Below the pieces are notes generated by a model that saw nothing but the letters and a program-made list of their open reading frames with translations, was not told the DNA's origin and did not search any database. From an uncultured delta proteobacterium (GTDB lineage Bacteria > Myxococcota > Myxococcia > Myxococcales > Anaeromyxobacteraceae), in the NCBI GenBank assembly GCA_963766715.1, contig CAVYBH010000008.1:544001-608000 (forward strand): a DNA stretch of 64,000 nucleotides, in the 5' to 3' direction. The position numbers and the translations under genes are program-made. Of the stretch, positions 1-9,611 are shown piece by piece. Position 1 is the stretch's first letter; every line of letters starts with the position of its first letter.

Positions 1-656
1 GTCTTGTAGAAGGTGGCCGATCCCTTCAGGTCGTCGGTCCACAGCTCGGCCCAGATCCATCCGGGCGGAGGCGCGTCGGCGTCGACGGGATCGCCACCGG
101 CGGCGGAGATGAGGACGAACTGGGCGCCGCGCGGGTCGGAGACCGCCGCGTACCGTCCGCGCGTTCCCAGGCTGCCCGGCCCTTCCATGACCCGTCCACC
201 GGCCCGCTGGACGGCGGCGGCGGCCTTGGCCACGTCGGGCACCGACACGAGCGGCATCCAGCGCGCCTGCGGCGTCGCGGCTCCCGACTTGGGAGCGGGC
301 ATCTGGAGGATGCCGGCCACCGGCGTGGCCCCGTCCCGGGCGAGCAGGTAGTTGCCGCGGTCCTCGAAGGTCCAGCCCAGGACGCCCGCGTAGAAGGGCC
401 TCGCCGCCGCCGGATCGAGCGTGAGCAGGTCGAACCAGACCACCTTGCCGGGGAGCCGCTTCCCGGTGGGCGCCGGGGCGATGGGCGGGAGGTCGATCTT
501 CGGGGGCGTCGCGGGGGTCGGGGTCGCGGCGGGCGGGGTCCCGGCGGGCGCTGCATCGGCGGGCGCGGCGGGGGCCGGGGACTGGGCCACGGCGGGGCCG
601 GCCAGCATCGCGGCGGCGATCCCGGCGGCCAGCAGTGACGTTCGGTGACGGGTCAT
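1..656 (-). CDS. VOC/glyoxalase-bleomycin resistance family protein with signal peptide (runs off window edge)
   Basis: Not in the ORF track; manual translation from ATG 656 (GAGGA RBS upstream): MTRHRTSLLAAGIAAAMLAGPAVAQ...GKVVWFDLLTLDPAAARPFYAGVLGW...DPRGAQFVL...WIWAELWTDD, a tandem VOC pattern. Confidence 0.8.
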   Translation of the reverse strand, partial: MTRHRTSLLAAGIAAAMLAGPAVAQSPAPAAPADAAPAGTPPAATPTPATPPKIDLPPIAPAPTGKRLPGKVVWFDLLTLDPAAARPFYAGVLGWTFEDRGNYLLARDGATPVAGILQMPAPKSGAATPQARWMPLVSVPDVAKAAAAVQRAGGRVMEGPGSLGTRGRYAAVSDPRGAQFVLISAAGGDPVDADAPPPGWIWAELWTDDLKGSATFYK

Positions 657-663
657 GTCGTCC

Positions 664-1728
664 TCACGGGGGCCACGGGCCCGGGTCCTCGAGCGAGGCG
701 CGCTCGTCGAGGCCCAGCACCACGTTCATGTTCTGGATCGCCTGGCCGGCGCCGCCCTTCACGAGGTTGTCGATGGCCGCGATGACCGTGACGGTGCGCT
801 TGCCGCGCCAGGCAGGGCCGGCGGCCACGCCCACCTCGGCGTGGTTCGACCCGGACACGGCCGCCACCTCGGGCAGCCGGCGGGCCGGGACGCGGACGAA
901 CGGCTCCCCGGCGTAGCTCTCGCGGTAGAGGGCGGCGAGCCGCTCCTCGGTCCACGCCTCCGGGAGCTCGAGGAACGACGTCGCCAGGATCCCGCGGACG
1001 AGCGGCGCCGAGACCGGCACGAAGCGCAGCTGGAGGTCCCGGGCGCCCGCCGCGGCGAGCGTCTCCACGATCTCGGGCACGTGCTGGTGCCACAGGGGCT
1101 TGTAGGCGCGCAGGTTCCCGGCCCGGGTGGGGTGGTGGGTGGTGGCCTGCGGGGCCGCGCCCGAGCCGGAGCTGCCGGTGATGCCCTGGACGTGGACCAC
1201 GCCGTCGAGGAGGCCGGCCCGGGCGAGCGGGAGGAGCGAGAGCTCGATGGCGGTGGCGAAGCAGCCCGGGGACGCGACGAGGCGGGCCGACCGGATCCGC
1301 TCCCGGTAGAGCTCCGGGAGACCGTAGACGAACCGCCCGAGCAGCTCCGGGTGCGGGTGCTTCTGGCCGTAGTAGGTCTCGTAGGCGGCCGGATCGAGGA
1401 GCCGGAAGTCGCCCGACATGTCGACGACCTTCACCGAAGGCAGGGCGACGATCTCGGGGACCTTCAGCGCGGTCACCTTGTGCGGCAGCCCGAGCAGGAC
1501 CACGTCCATGCCGTCGGCCGCGGCCGCCGGAGCGAGGTCCTGGAAGACGAGGTCGGTGCGCCCCTCGAGCGATGGATGGGCGGCGGAGAGCGGCTCCCCC
1601 ACGAGGTCCACCGACGCCACCCGCGCCAGCTCGACGTCGGGGTGGAGGAGGAGGCGACGGATCATCTCCGCGCCACCGTAGCCGGAGCCGCCGATCACCG
1701 CGGCCCGGAACCGCTTGCGTCCTGCCAT
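664..1728 (-). CDS. argC: N-acetyl-gamma-glutamyl-phosphate reductase
   Basis: GGSGYGG Rossmann motif, DMSGDFRL, YGLPEL, catalytic ASPGCFAT, GSSGSG, IDNLVKGGAGQAIQNMN. Confidence 0.93.
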   Translation of the reverse strand: MAGRKRFRAAVIGGSGYGGAEMIRRLLLHPDVELARVASVDLVGEPLSAAHPSLEGRTDLVFQDLAPAAAADGMDVVLLGLPHKVTALKVPEIVALPSVKVVDMSGDFRLLDPAAYETYYGQKHPHPELLGRFVYGLPELYRERIRSARLVASPGCFATAIELSLLPLARAGLLDGVVHVQGITGSSGSGAAPQATTHHPTRAGNLRAYKPLWHQHVPEIVETLAAAGARDLQLRFVPVSAPLVRGILATSFLELPEAWTEERLAALYRESYAGEPFVRVPARRLPEVAAVSGSNHAEVGVAAGPAWRGKRTVTVIAAIDNLVKGGAGQAIQNMNVVLGLDERASLEDPGPWPP

Positions 1729-1786
1729 GATCAAACCTTATACCGGCTCGGCCGCGCTGGCACGCGGGCCGATGGAGGTCGACTGC

Positions 1787-2935
1787 GTGGATCGCCCGCT
1801 CGAAATCGCCGTCTCCTGGCTGGCCGCGCAGCGCCCCGCGATGGAGGCCCTGCTGCGCCGCCTCGTCGACCAGAACTCCTTCACGCGAAACGTCGCCGGG
1901 GTGAACGCGGTCGCCGGGGTGCTGGAGGACGAGCTGCGCGCCACCGGCCTCGACGTGGAGCGGATCCCCGGGAAGGACTTCGGCGACCATCTCCACTTCT
2001 CGTCCCGCGGCGCCGGGCCGTTCACCTTCCTCATCGGCCACTCCGACACCGTCTTCCCGCCGGGCACCTTCGAGGGCTACCGGCAGGAGGGCGAGCGCGC
2101 CCTGGGGCCGGGCGTCCTCGACATGAAGGGCGGCCTGGTGGTGGAGATCTTCGCGCTGCGCGCGCTCGCTCGCGCCGGCCTGCTCGATCGGATCGCGGTC
2201 CGCGGCATCGTGGTGGGCGACGAGGAGGCGGGCTCGCCGGAGTCGCAGCCGCTCACCGTGGAGAAGGTGCGCGGGGCCGGCGCGGCGCTGGGGCTCGAGT
2301 CGGGCCGGTCGAAGGATCTCATCGTCACGCGGCGGAAGGGGATCGCCTCGCTCGACGCGCGCGCCCACGGCGTCGCGGCCCACGCCGGCGGCGATCACGA
2401 GAAGGGAAAGAACGCCATCTGGGCCCTCTCCCGGTTCGTCGACCGCGTGCAGTCCCTCACCGACTACGCGCGCGGCGTCACCGTGAGCGTGGGGCGGATC
2501 GAGGGCGGGACGACGCGCAACACGGTTCCGGCCGCGGCCCGGTGCGAGGTCGACGTGCGCTTCCTGGTTCCCGACGACGGCGCGGAGGTGCTGTCCCGCA
2601 TCGACCTCGCCGCCCGGGACGCCGCCGTCCCCGGGACCCGCGTGGAGGTGCTGCGCGCGGGCAGCCGGCCGGCGCTGGTTCGGACCGACGCGTCCGCCGC
2701 GCTCGCGGCCGGCTACGGGTCCTGCCAGCGCGAGGCCGGCCTGGGCGAAGGCGAGGCGCCGCTCTCGGGGGGCGGGTCGGACGCCTCGGTGACCGGCGCG
2801 TCGGGCGTCCCGTCGATCGACGGGCTCGGCCCCCGCGGCGCGGGCTTCCACACGCACGACGAGTTCATCGAGCTCGGGTCGCTGGTCCCCAAGGCCGAGG
2901 CGCTGGTCCGGTTCCTGGCCCGGACGGGAGCGTAG
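1787..2935 (+). CDS. M20 family metallopeptidase (glutamate carboxypeptidase/ArgE-like)
   Basis: GHSDTV, GPGVLDMKGG, DEEAGS, GGGSDA, HTHDEFI motifs; GGAGG RBS before GTG 1787. Confidence 0.88.
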   Translation: MDRPLEIAVSWLAAQRPAMEALLRRLVDQNSFTRNVAGVNAVAGVLEDELRATGLDVERIPGKDFGDHLHFSSRGAGPFTFLIGHSDTVFPPGTFEGYRQEGERALGPGVLDMKGGLVVEIFALRALARAGLLDRIAVRGIVVGDEEAGSPESQPLTVEKVRGAGAALGLESGRSKDLIVTRRKGIASLDARAHGVAAHAGGDHEKGKNAIWALSRFVDRVQSLTDYARGVTVSVGRIEGGTTRNTVPAAARCEVDVRFLVPDDGAEVLSRIDLAARDAAVPGTRVEVLRAGSRPALVRTDASAALAAGYGSCQREAGLGEGEAPLSGGGSDASVTGASGVPSIDGLGPRGAGFHTHDEFIELGSLVPKAEALVRFLARTGA

Positions 2936-3812
2936 CCACCTCGATCCGGGCGCCGGCCCCGACGCCGTGCGCCGCGCACCACCCGCCCGGCGCCTCGAGG
3001 ACCTCGGACACCGGTCCGCGCGACAGGTGCTGGCGCAGCCGGAGCGGCTCCGCCCGCTCCGCCACGTTCACCACCCGTCCGTCGTCGCCGACGAAGAGGA
3101 TGTCGAGCGGCAGGCGCGTGTTCTTCATCCAGAACCCGTGGCGTCCGGGCGCCGGGAAGCGGAAGAGCATGCCCTCGTCGGGCGCCAGCGCGCCGCGGAA
3201 CATGAGCCCGACCTCGATCTCCTCCCACCGGGTGACGAGCTCGGCGTGGACCACGCCGCCCCCGCCGCCGGGCGCCTCGACGCGCACCCGCACGCGGGGG
3301 TTGGCCCGCACGAGCCGGACCTCCGAGCCGGTCCACCCGTCCACGTAGAGATTGCAGCCCGGCTCGCGGCGGAGGTGGCGAAGCGGGCGGTCCGCGAGCG
3401 CGAGGGCCTCCACGCCGAGGCGGGCGCTCGCGCTGTCCGGGTAGCTCCAGCCCGGCGGCACCGCGACGTCGAGCCCCTCCGAGCCGGACCGGCGCGCCGC
3501 GAGCACCGGGCCGCCGTCCGGTGCGCGGACCACCGCCAGCTCGAGCCAGGGCCACCACAGCCACGGACCGCCGTGCGGGTCGACGACCGCCAGCTCGGCG
3601 GGCTCGCCGCCGCGGACGGGCCGGAGGCCTTCCCGCGCGAGCTGCCGCAGGGCTTCCTCGAGCGACTCGGGGTCGGCGAAGGAGAGCGCCGTGAGGAGGC
3701 CGTCGTCGGCGAGCCAGCGGGCCCCCAGCGCGGACGCGCCGAGGCCCGGAGCGGCCGCGCGAAGCCGGCCGGTTTCCACCACGACCGACGTCATCTCGAC
3801 GAGGACCGGCAT
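2865..3812 (-). CDS. DUF192 family protein with extra N-terminal domain
   Basis: C-terminal GLMFR...GMLF.F...FWMKNTRLPLDILF...VLEAPGG is the DUF192 signature; about 190 aa N-terminal region unrecognised. Confidence 0.8.
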   Translation of the reverse strand: MPVLVEMTSVVVETGRLRAAAPGLGASALGARWLADDGLLTALSFADPESLEEALRQLAREGLRPVRGGEPAELAVVDPHGGPWLWWPWLELAVVRAPDGGPVLAARRSGSEGLDVAVPPGWSYPDSASARLGVEALALADRPLRHLRREPGCNLYVDGWTGSEVRLVRANPRVRVRVEAPGGGGGVVHAELVTRWEEIEVGLMFRGALAPDEGMLFRFPAPGRHGFWMKNTRLPLDILFVGDDGRVVNVAERAEPLRLRQHLSRGPVSEVLEAPGGWCAAHGVGAGARIEVATLPSGPGTGPAPRPWGPATRAR

Positions 3813-3838
3813 CTCGGATCTCGGGCCCGGACCGGCGG

Positions 3839-4156
3839 CTACGCCGGCGGACCCGCCTCCCCGTCGTCCTCGCCCTCGTACCAGGCGTCGTGGGCGGACC
3901 AGCGGTGGCAGGCGAGGCACATCGTCCGGGTCCACTGGTGCGCGCACTCCGGGCAGCGGCCCCGGGTCTGGAAGGTGTTCCACACCGCGCCGCAGGCGCA
4001 CTGCCATAGGCTCCCGGCGTCGGGCTGCCAGCGGCACAGCGGGCAGCGGATGCGGGGCGCTCGCCGGCGCGGGCTCTTCCCCAGGACGAGGTCGAGGAGC
4101 GGACCCGGACCGCCGGGCTCGTCGCGCCCGGTGTCGAGCAGGCGATGCGATTCCAT
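3839..4156 (-). CDS. small Cys/Trp-rich putative zinc-binding protein
   Basis: CPLC...CAC...CPEC...CLACH pattern: RCPLCRWQP..WQCACGAVWNTFQTRGRCPECAHQW..MCLACHRWSAHDAWY. Confidence 0.7.
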   Translation of the reverse strand: MESHRLLDTGRDEPGGPGPLLDLVLGKSPRRRAPRIRCPLCRWQPDAGSLWQCACGAVWNTFQTRGRCPECAHQWTRTMCLACHRWSAHDAWYEGEDDGEAGPPA

Positions 4157-4213
4157 GGGTTCATCTTGCCACCGGCGACGGACACGGGCGACCGGCCTCG
4201 TCCTGGCGGGACG

Positions 4214-4337
4214 GCCAGTTCAACCGGTTGAACTGGACCTGGTGGCGCTCGGGAAGTCGATCGAGCCGATCCAGACGATTCGATCGGTTCGAGCGGTTCT
4301 GGCGGTTCCGCCAGTTCAACCGTTGAACTGGACCTGG
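4214..4337. repeat. two direct copies of a palindromic unit (CCAGTTCAACCGGTTGAACTGG+ACCTGG) flanking a 9-bp-periodic spacer; REP/BIME-like
   Basis: Perfect 22-bp palindrome at 4215-4236; second copy at 4311-4331 one G shorter; both followed by ACCTGG; intergenic. Confidence 0.85.
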
Positions 4338-4338
4338 C

Positions 4339-5375
4339 CTACGGCGGTGGGCCGGCCCGGACGACCCGGGCCTTCCCCCAGCAGGCGAGCACCTTCCGCC
4401 CCGCCTCGGCGCGTCCCGCCTCGTCCCCGGGCGCGAACCTCGCCACGGCGAAGCGGGGCGCCTGGGCCGGGACCTGGCGGAAGCTCGGGTCCACCGCGAT
4501 CCACCTGCGCGACGCCGCGACCTCCACCCACTCGTGCCAGACGAAGCGCGCGCCGTCCCAGGCCACGCCCACCACGAACCGGCCGGACAGGCCGTCGTCC
4601 TTCGCGGTCCGGAGGTAGGCGGCGCTCCGCTCCTGGCAGCCTCCCCGCTCGGGGAAGTCGCGCGGCACGCCCGGGGGCGGAGGCGACGGGTCCGGCGGCT
4701 CGGGCGGGAGGCCGCAGAAGAGGAGCGCCTGCTCGGCCTCGGCGCCCGGCGGCGCGGGGACCACGCCCCCGAAGGTGGCCGGGGCGCTCGCCGGGACGGC
4801 TGCCGACGCGTCGACGACGAAGCGCGTTCCCTGGGCGGGCAGGAGGACCTCGTCGGGCAGGCCGCCGGGGCTCGCGCGGAAGCGCACCGGCTCGCCGAGC
4901 ACCTCGCCCTCGAGCCAGGCCCCCCTCCGCGTCGCACAGGCCTTCCCTGCCGCCCGAGCTCCGCGTCCTCCACCTCCAGGCAGCGGCGCTCGCCCTCCGG
5001 GGTCGCGGCGAGCAGGGCCTCGGCGACGATCGACGCCACGGCCTCTCCGCCCGCCGCGCGCCGCTTCCCGCCTGCCTCCGCCTCGAGGAGCGCGCCCTCG
5101 CGATCGGTGACCACCTCGACCCGGCGCCGGGTCACGCCGCCGCCGCCGGCCTCGGGAAGCCGCATGGCGGTCTCGAAGACCGCGGTGCACCGGCCCCGCT
5201 CGCAGCGCACCGAGAGCGTCGCCACCCCGACGCTCTCCCCGCCGATCTCCACGCGGTACCGGCGCGAGGCCGCCTCGGGCAGCGCGGCCAGCGCCGGCAA
5301 CGCGGCCAGCGACGCCAGCGACGTCACCGCGAGGAGGGCGGCCAGCGCGAGGCGCAGGAGCAGGCTCGCCCTCAC
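4339..5375 (-). CDS. secreted transglutaminase-like (Cys-His-Asp) protein; frameshift near 4945
   Basis: Signal peptide VRASLLLRLALAALLA in one frame, continuing in another frame with GGCQERSA...VVGVAW...WHEWVEV...WIAVDPSF; GTGA overlap with dedA stop. Confidence 0.7.
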
Positions 5376-6004
5376 CTCCGCCTCCGGCGCGCCGCCGCGA
5401 GGGCGAAGCGGGCGACGAGGAAGGCCGCCACCACGGCCATGAGCACCCAGGCCACCGTCGTGTAGCGCTCGAGCCAGTGCACGAACTCGGAGAGGTTCGA
5501 GACCAGGAACGCCCCGACGAGGAGCAGGAGCGCGTTCCAGGCCGCCGCCGAGATGCCGCCCCAGAGGAGCACCTTGCCCACCGGCAGCCGGGCCGCGCCC
5601 GCCCCCACGAAGAGGAAGGCCCGGATTCCCGGCAGGAAGCGGTTCGCGAGCAGGAACCACTCGCCCCAGCGCGCGTAGCCCGCCTCCACCCGGCGCACGT
5701 GCTCGAGGGTGATGAGCCCGCGACGCTTCGCCCCCCGCTCCAGCGCGGCCCCGATCGAGACGCCGATGCGGTAGTCGATCCAGGCGCCCAGCACCGCGCC
5801 GGCGGTGACGGCGACGAAGGCGACCGGCCAGGAGATCTTCCCGTTCACCGCGTACCAGGCGCCGAGCACGACGAGCGTGTCCCCCGGGAAGGGCGGGAAG
5901 ACGTACTCGATGAGGCTGCCCAGGAAGAGGATGGCCGGCGCCGCCGGCCCGGTCTCCGCGAGGGCCTCGCTGAGGGTCGCGACCACGCGCTCGAGCGGGC
6001 TCAC
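5372..6004 (-). CDS. DedA family membrane protein
   Basis: IEYVFPPFPGDTLV, GAVLGAWIDYRIG, RFLPGIRAF motifs. Confidence 0.9.
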   Translation of the reverse strand: MSPLERVVATLSEALAETGPAAPAILFLGSLIEYVFPPFPGDTLVVLGAWYAVNGKISWPVAFVAVTAGAVLGAWIDYRIGVSIGAALERGAKRRGLITLEHVRRVEAGYARWGEWFLLANRFLPGIRAFLFVGAGAARLPVGKVLLWGGISAAAWNALLLLVGAFLVSNLSEFVHWLERYTTVAWVLMAVVAAFLVARFALAAARRRRR

Positions 6005-6054
6005 CGGGCCATGGTAGACCGGCGGGGGCCTCCCTGCTAATCATCGCGCCTCCG

Positions 6055-7245
6055 ATGTCGCAGTCCGGCAGAGAACGCCTCCGCAGCGCCGCCCCCTACC
6101 TCGTCGCCACCGCCTGGCTGGTGCTGGGATGGGCTTTCCTCGTCCGCGGCGTGGATCACCCCGGCGTGGCCTATCGCCCCTGGGCGTTCCGCCACCACGC
6201 CTACTCCGACCTGCTGGCGATGACCGGGGATCGGTACCTCCACGGCGGCCGTCCGCTGCCGTACGTGGAGGATCGGATCGAGTACCCGGTGCTGCTCGGG
6301 GTGGCGCTCTGGGCGCCCTCGTTCCTCCCGGGCGGCCAGGTCGTCCACTTCACGGTGAGCGTCTTCGCGCTCTGGCTCTGCCTGATGGCCTCGGTGGCCG
6401 TGCTGCGGCGCCTCCCCGGGGCGAGCCCCTGGTGGCTGGCCGCCACGCCCGCGCTCGCCTACTTCGGCGCGCTCAACTGGGACCTCCTGCCCATCGCGCT
6501 CCTCCTCGGCGCGGTGCTGGCCGCGGAGCGGGACCGGCCCGGCCGCGCCGGTGCGCTGGCCGCGCTGGGGGTGTCGGCCAAGCTCTGGCCGGTGGCGCTC
6601 CTGCCCGGGGCGATCTCCGCGATGGCCTCCGGCCGGAGGTGGGCCGGGCTCGTCCGCGCCGGCGCCGCCTTCCTCCTCGTCACGCTGGCGGTGAACCTGC
6701 CGGTGGCGCTCACGGCGCCCGGGAACTGGAGCTGGTTCTGGCGCTTCAACGGGGGGCGCTCGGCCGAGAACTCGGTGTGGGAGGTGCTCGGGGTGACGAG
6801 CCCCCCGCTCCTGAACGCGCTGGCCAGCGCCGTCCTGCTGGCCGCCGTCCTCACCGCGGCCCTCCTCGCCTGGCGGGCCGCCCCGGCTTCCCGGTGGCGC
6901 GCGGTCCGGCTCGGGACGGCGCTCGTCCTCGTCGCCTGGGTGGCGTCGAACAAGGTCTGGAGCCCGCAGTACGCGCTCTACGCCTTCGCCGCAGGCGCGC
7001 TGGTGGCCGGGCCGCGCTGGCTCTTCCTCGCGCTGGCCGCCGTCTCGATCGTGGACTACCACCTGGCCTTCGAGGTCCGGGCGGAGCGCGGCGTGCTCTG
7101 GTTCTTCGACGGCTGGTACTACGCGGAGGAGCTCCTGCGGACGGCGATCTATGCCGCCTTCGCCGGATGGATCCTCCTCGAGCTCCTGGCCACGCGGGCG
7201 GCGCGGACCGGGCGCGAGGCGCCGGCGGGCGGGGAATCGGCGTGA
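6055..7245 (+). CDS. GT-C glycosyltransferase family 87 (DUF2029-like) polytopic membrane protein
   Basis: AYSD, PY...IEYPVL, NWDLLP, GVSAKLWP, NKVWSPQY motifs with many TM segments. Confidence 0.8.
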   Translation: MSQSGRERLRSAAPYLVATAWLVLGWAFLVRGVDHPGVAYRPWAFRHHAYSDLLAMTGDRYLHGGRPLPYVEDRIEYPVLLGVALWAPSFLPGGQVVHFTVSVFALWLCLMASVAVLRRLPGASPWWLAATPALAYFGALNWDLLPIALLLGAVLAAERDRPGRAGALAALGVSAKLWPVALLPGAISAMASGRRWAGLVRAGAAFLLVTLAVNLPVALTAPGNWSWFWRFNGGRSAENSVWEVLGVTSPPLLNALASAVLLAAVLTAALLAWRAAPASRWRAVRLGTALVLVAWVASNKVWSPQYALYAFAAGALVAGPRWLFLALAAVSIVDYHLAFEVRAERGVLWFFDGWYYAEELLRTAIYAAFAGWILLELLATRAARTGREAPAGGESA

Positions 7246-7291
7246 GCGGGCGGGGGCGGGCGGCGGGGAACGGCGAGCGGCGGGAGGCGGC

Positions 7292-9572
7292 GTGAACGGG
7301 AACGGAAGCGGGAACGGCGGACGGGGCCGATGGGCGTGGTGGGCGGTCTTCGCGATCGTCCCGGTGCTGGTGGTGGGCTTCCACTGGCTGGCGGCGCGAC
7401 CCGGGATGGCCTTCAACGGATCCGACCTCCGCTACTTCTTCTTCGGCGTGCGGGAGGCGGTCGCGGACGCGCTGCGCCACGGCGAGCTCCCCTGGTGGCA
7501 GCGCGGGTTCCACATGGGATATCCGCTGGTCGCCGATCCGCAGGCCGCGATCTTCGCGCCCACCACGTGGCTCACGCTGCCCTGGGACGGCCCGCGCTCG
7601 CTCACCCTCGCCACCCTCCTGCACCTGACGCTGGCCGGCTGGGGCATGGCGGCCTGGATGCGGCTGCGCGGCCTCTCGCCGGCGTCGGGCCTGCTCGCCG
7701 CCGTCCTCTTCGCGCTCGGCGCCAAGCAGACCGTCCACGTCATCCACTGGAACTTCGCGGCCACCACCGCCTACTGGCCCTGGATGCTGGCCGGGCTGGA
7801 GGGGTTCGCGACGACGCGGAGGTCCAGGTACCTCCTGCTCGCCGCGATCGCCACCGCCCTCTCCTGGCTGGGCGGCTCGCCGCAGATGGCCCACTTCGGA
7901 TGCATCGTGGCGGGGCTCTACGCGCTGCGGATCGCGGCCGACCTCTGGCGCGGTGCGGCGCGCCGACGCCGCCTGGGCCGTGGCCGTCGTCCCGATCGGC
8001 TTCGTGCTCGCTTCCGTGCTCGTCCTCCCGGCGCTGGAGCTCTCCCGCATGGGCCCGCGCTCGATGGCGGTCGGCTACGACTTCGTGAGCAGCTGGAAGT
8101 GGCCCGACGCCTGGGGGCTCGCGCTCCTCGTGCTGCCCCACGCCTACGGGGACGGCCGCTGGGGGCTCAACCTCTGGGAGGCCACGGGCTACGTGGGCAT
8201 CCCCGCGCTGGCGCTCGCGGTGGCCGCTCCCCTGCGCAGGCGCGGGGTGGTGCTCCTCGCGGTCCTGGCCGTCCTCGGGGTGTGGCTCTCCCTGGGAGAC
8301 CGCGCGCCGCTCGGCCTTCACTACTGGATTTACAAGCTGGTCCCGGGCTACGGCAGCTTCCGGGTGCCCACCCGCGGCCTGCTGGTCACGGCCTTCGCCA
8401 TGGCGGTGCTGGCCGCCGAGGGGCTCGAGGCGCTGCGGCGCGACCCGACGCGCGGCCGGGTGGCCCGCAGCCTCGGGGTCCTGGCGGCGGTGGCGGCGCT
8501 CGCGCTCGTCCTCCCCCGCCTGCCGGGCTGGCCCTTCGACCCGGTGTCGACGCGGAAGACCGCCTGGTTCGCCGTGATGGTGGCCGGGCTCGGCGCCCTC
8601 TGGGTGCTGGCGGTGTGGCGGGGGCTTCGGGGCGCCTTCGCGGGAGCGACCATCGTGGCGCTCGCCTTCTACGACCCCTGGTACCTCTTCTCCCGGTTCA
8701 ACGAGGTGGGCCGGTCGGAGGACGAGACCGCGGCCCTCCAGGAGTTCGCCCCCTACGTCCCCGCCGCCCCCGCCCCCCGCCGCGTGGCGGTGGTCGCGAA
8801 GTGGGGCGGGTCGATCAACGCCCCGCTGCGGAACGGCTGGGAGGGGACGATGGGGTACGGCCCGATGTCCATCCAGCGCGTTCGCGAGCTGCTCGAGGGC
8901 ACGAAGCGCGACCGGGTGGCGCCGCTGCGCACCATGGACGGCGACGCGACCTTCCCCGGCGCGTACCCGCCGTCGGCGCTCTGGCCGCTCCTCGCCACCC
9001 CGCTCGTCCTCGCCGATCACCCGGTGCCCGGGCTGACCGGCTTCTTCACCGGGAAGCGCGAGTGGGAGAACCCGATCGTCGGATTCCTGGCGCCGGCGCT
9101 GCCGCGGGTCTTCTGGACCGGCTCCTGGGAGGTGGCTCCGGACGCCGACGTCACCGCGCCCCTGCTCCGCGCCGCCCGGGGCGACGTGGCGGTGCTGCCC
9201 GAGCCGCCGGCCGGCCTGGGAGCGCCCGGAGCGCCGGAGGGGCCCGTCGCGGCCGAGGCGATCCGGGTGTCGCAGAGCTCCCTCTCGGCGACGGTGGTCG
9301 CGCCCCGGGACGGCCTCGCGGTGATCCTCGATCCCTTCTACCCGGGGTGGACCGCCCGGCTCGACGGCAGGCCCGTCCCCCTCCTCCGCGCCGACTACGC
9401 CTTCCAGGCCGTGGCGGTGCCGGCGGGGCGGCACGAGCTGACCCTCGAGTACCGGAACCGCTGGGTGGGCATCGGCGCGGCGGTCTCGCTGGGGACGCTG
9501 TGCGCGCTCCTCGGAGCGCTCGCGCTCCGCTCCCGGCGGATGCGCCGGACCACCGCGCCGATCGCCGCCTGA
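7292..9572 (+). CDS. YfhO family GT-C membrane protein; frameshift near 7960
   Basis: DLRYFFF..GELPWW...GYPLVADPQAAIFAP N-terminus; C-terminal DPFYPGWTARLDG..LLRADYAFQAVAVPAGRHELTLEY in the second frame; GGAGG RBS. Confidence 0.8.
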
Positions 9573-9611
9573 TCCGCCCGCGGGGCACGCCTCCGCGGAC
9601 GGTCCCCGCCG

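Noticed and set aside
664..2935. LysW-type amino-group-carrier pathway (LysY plus LysK)
   Set aside because: No lysW, lysX or lysZ is visible; argC and the M20 peptidase are merely divergent neighbours.
4214..4337. CRISPR array
   Set aside because: Only two units, a ~67-bp internally repetitive spacer and no cas genes in the window.
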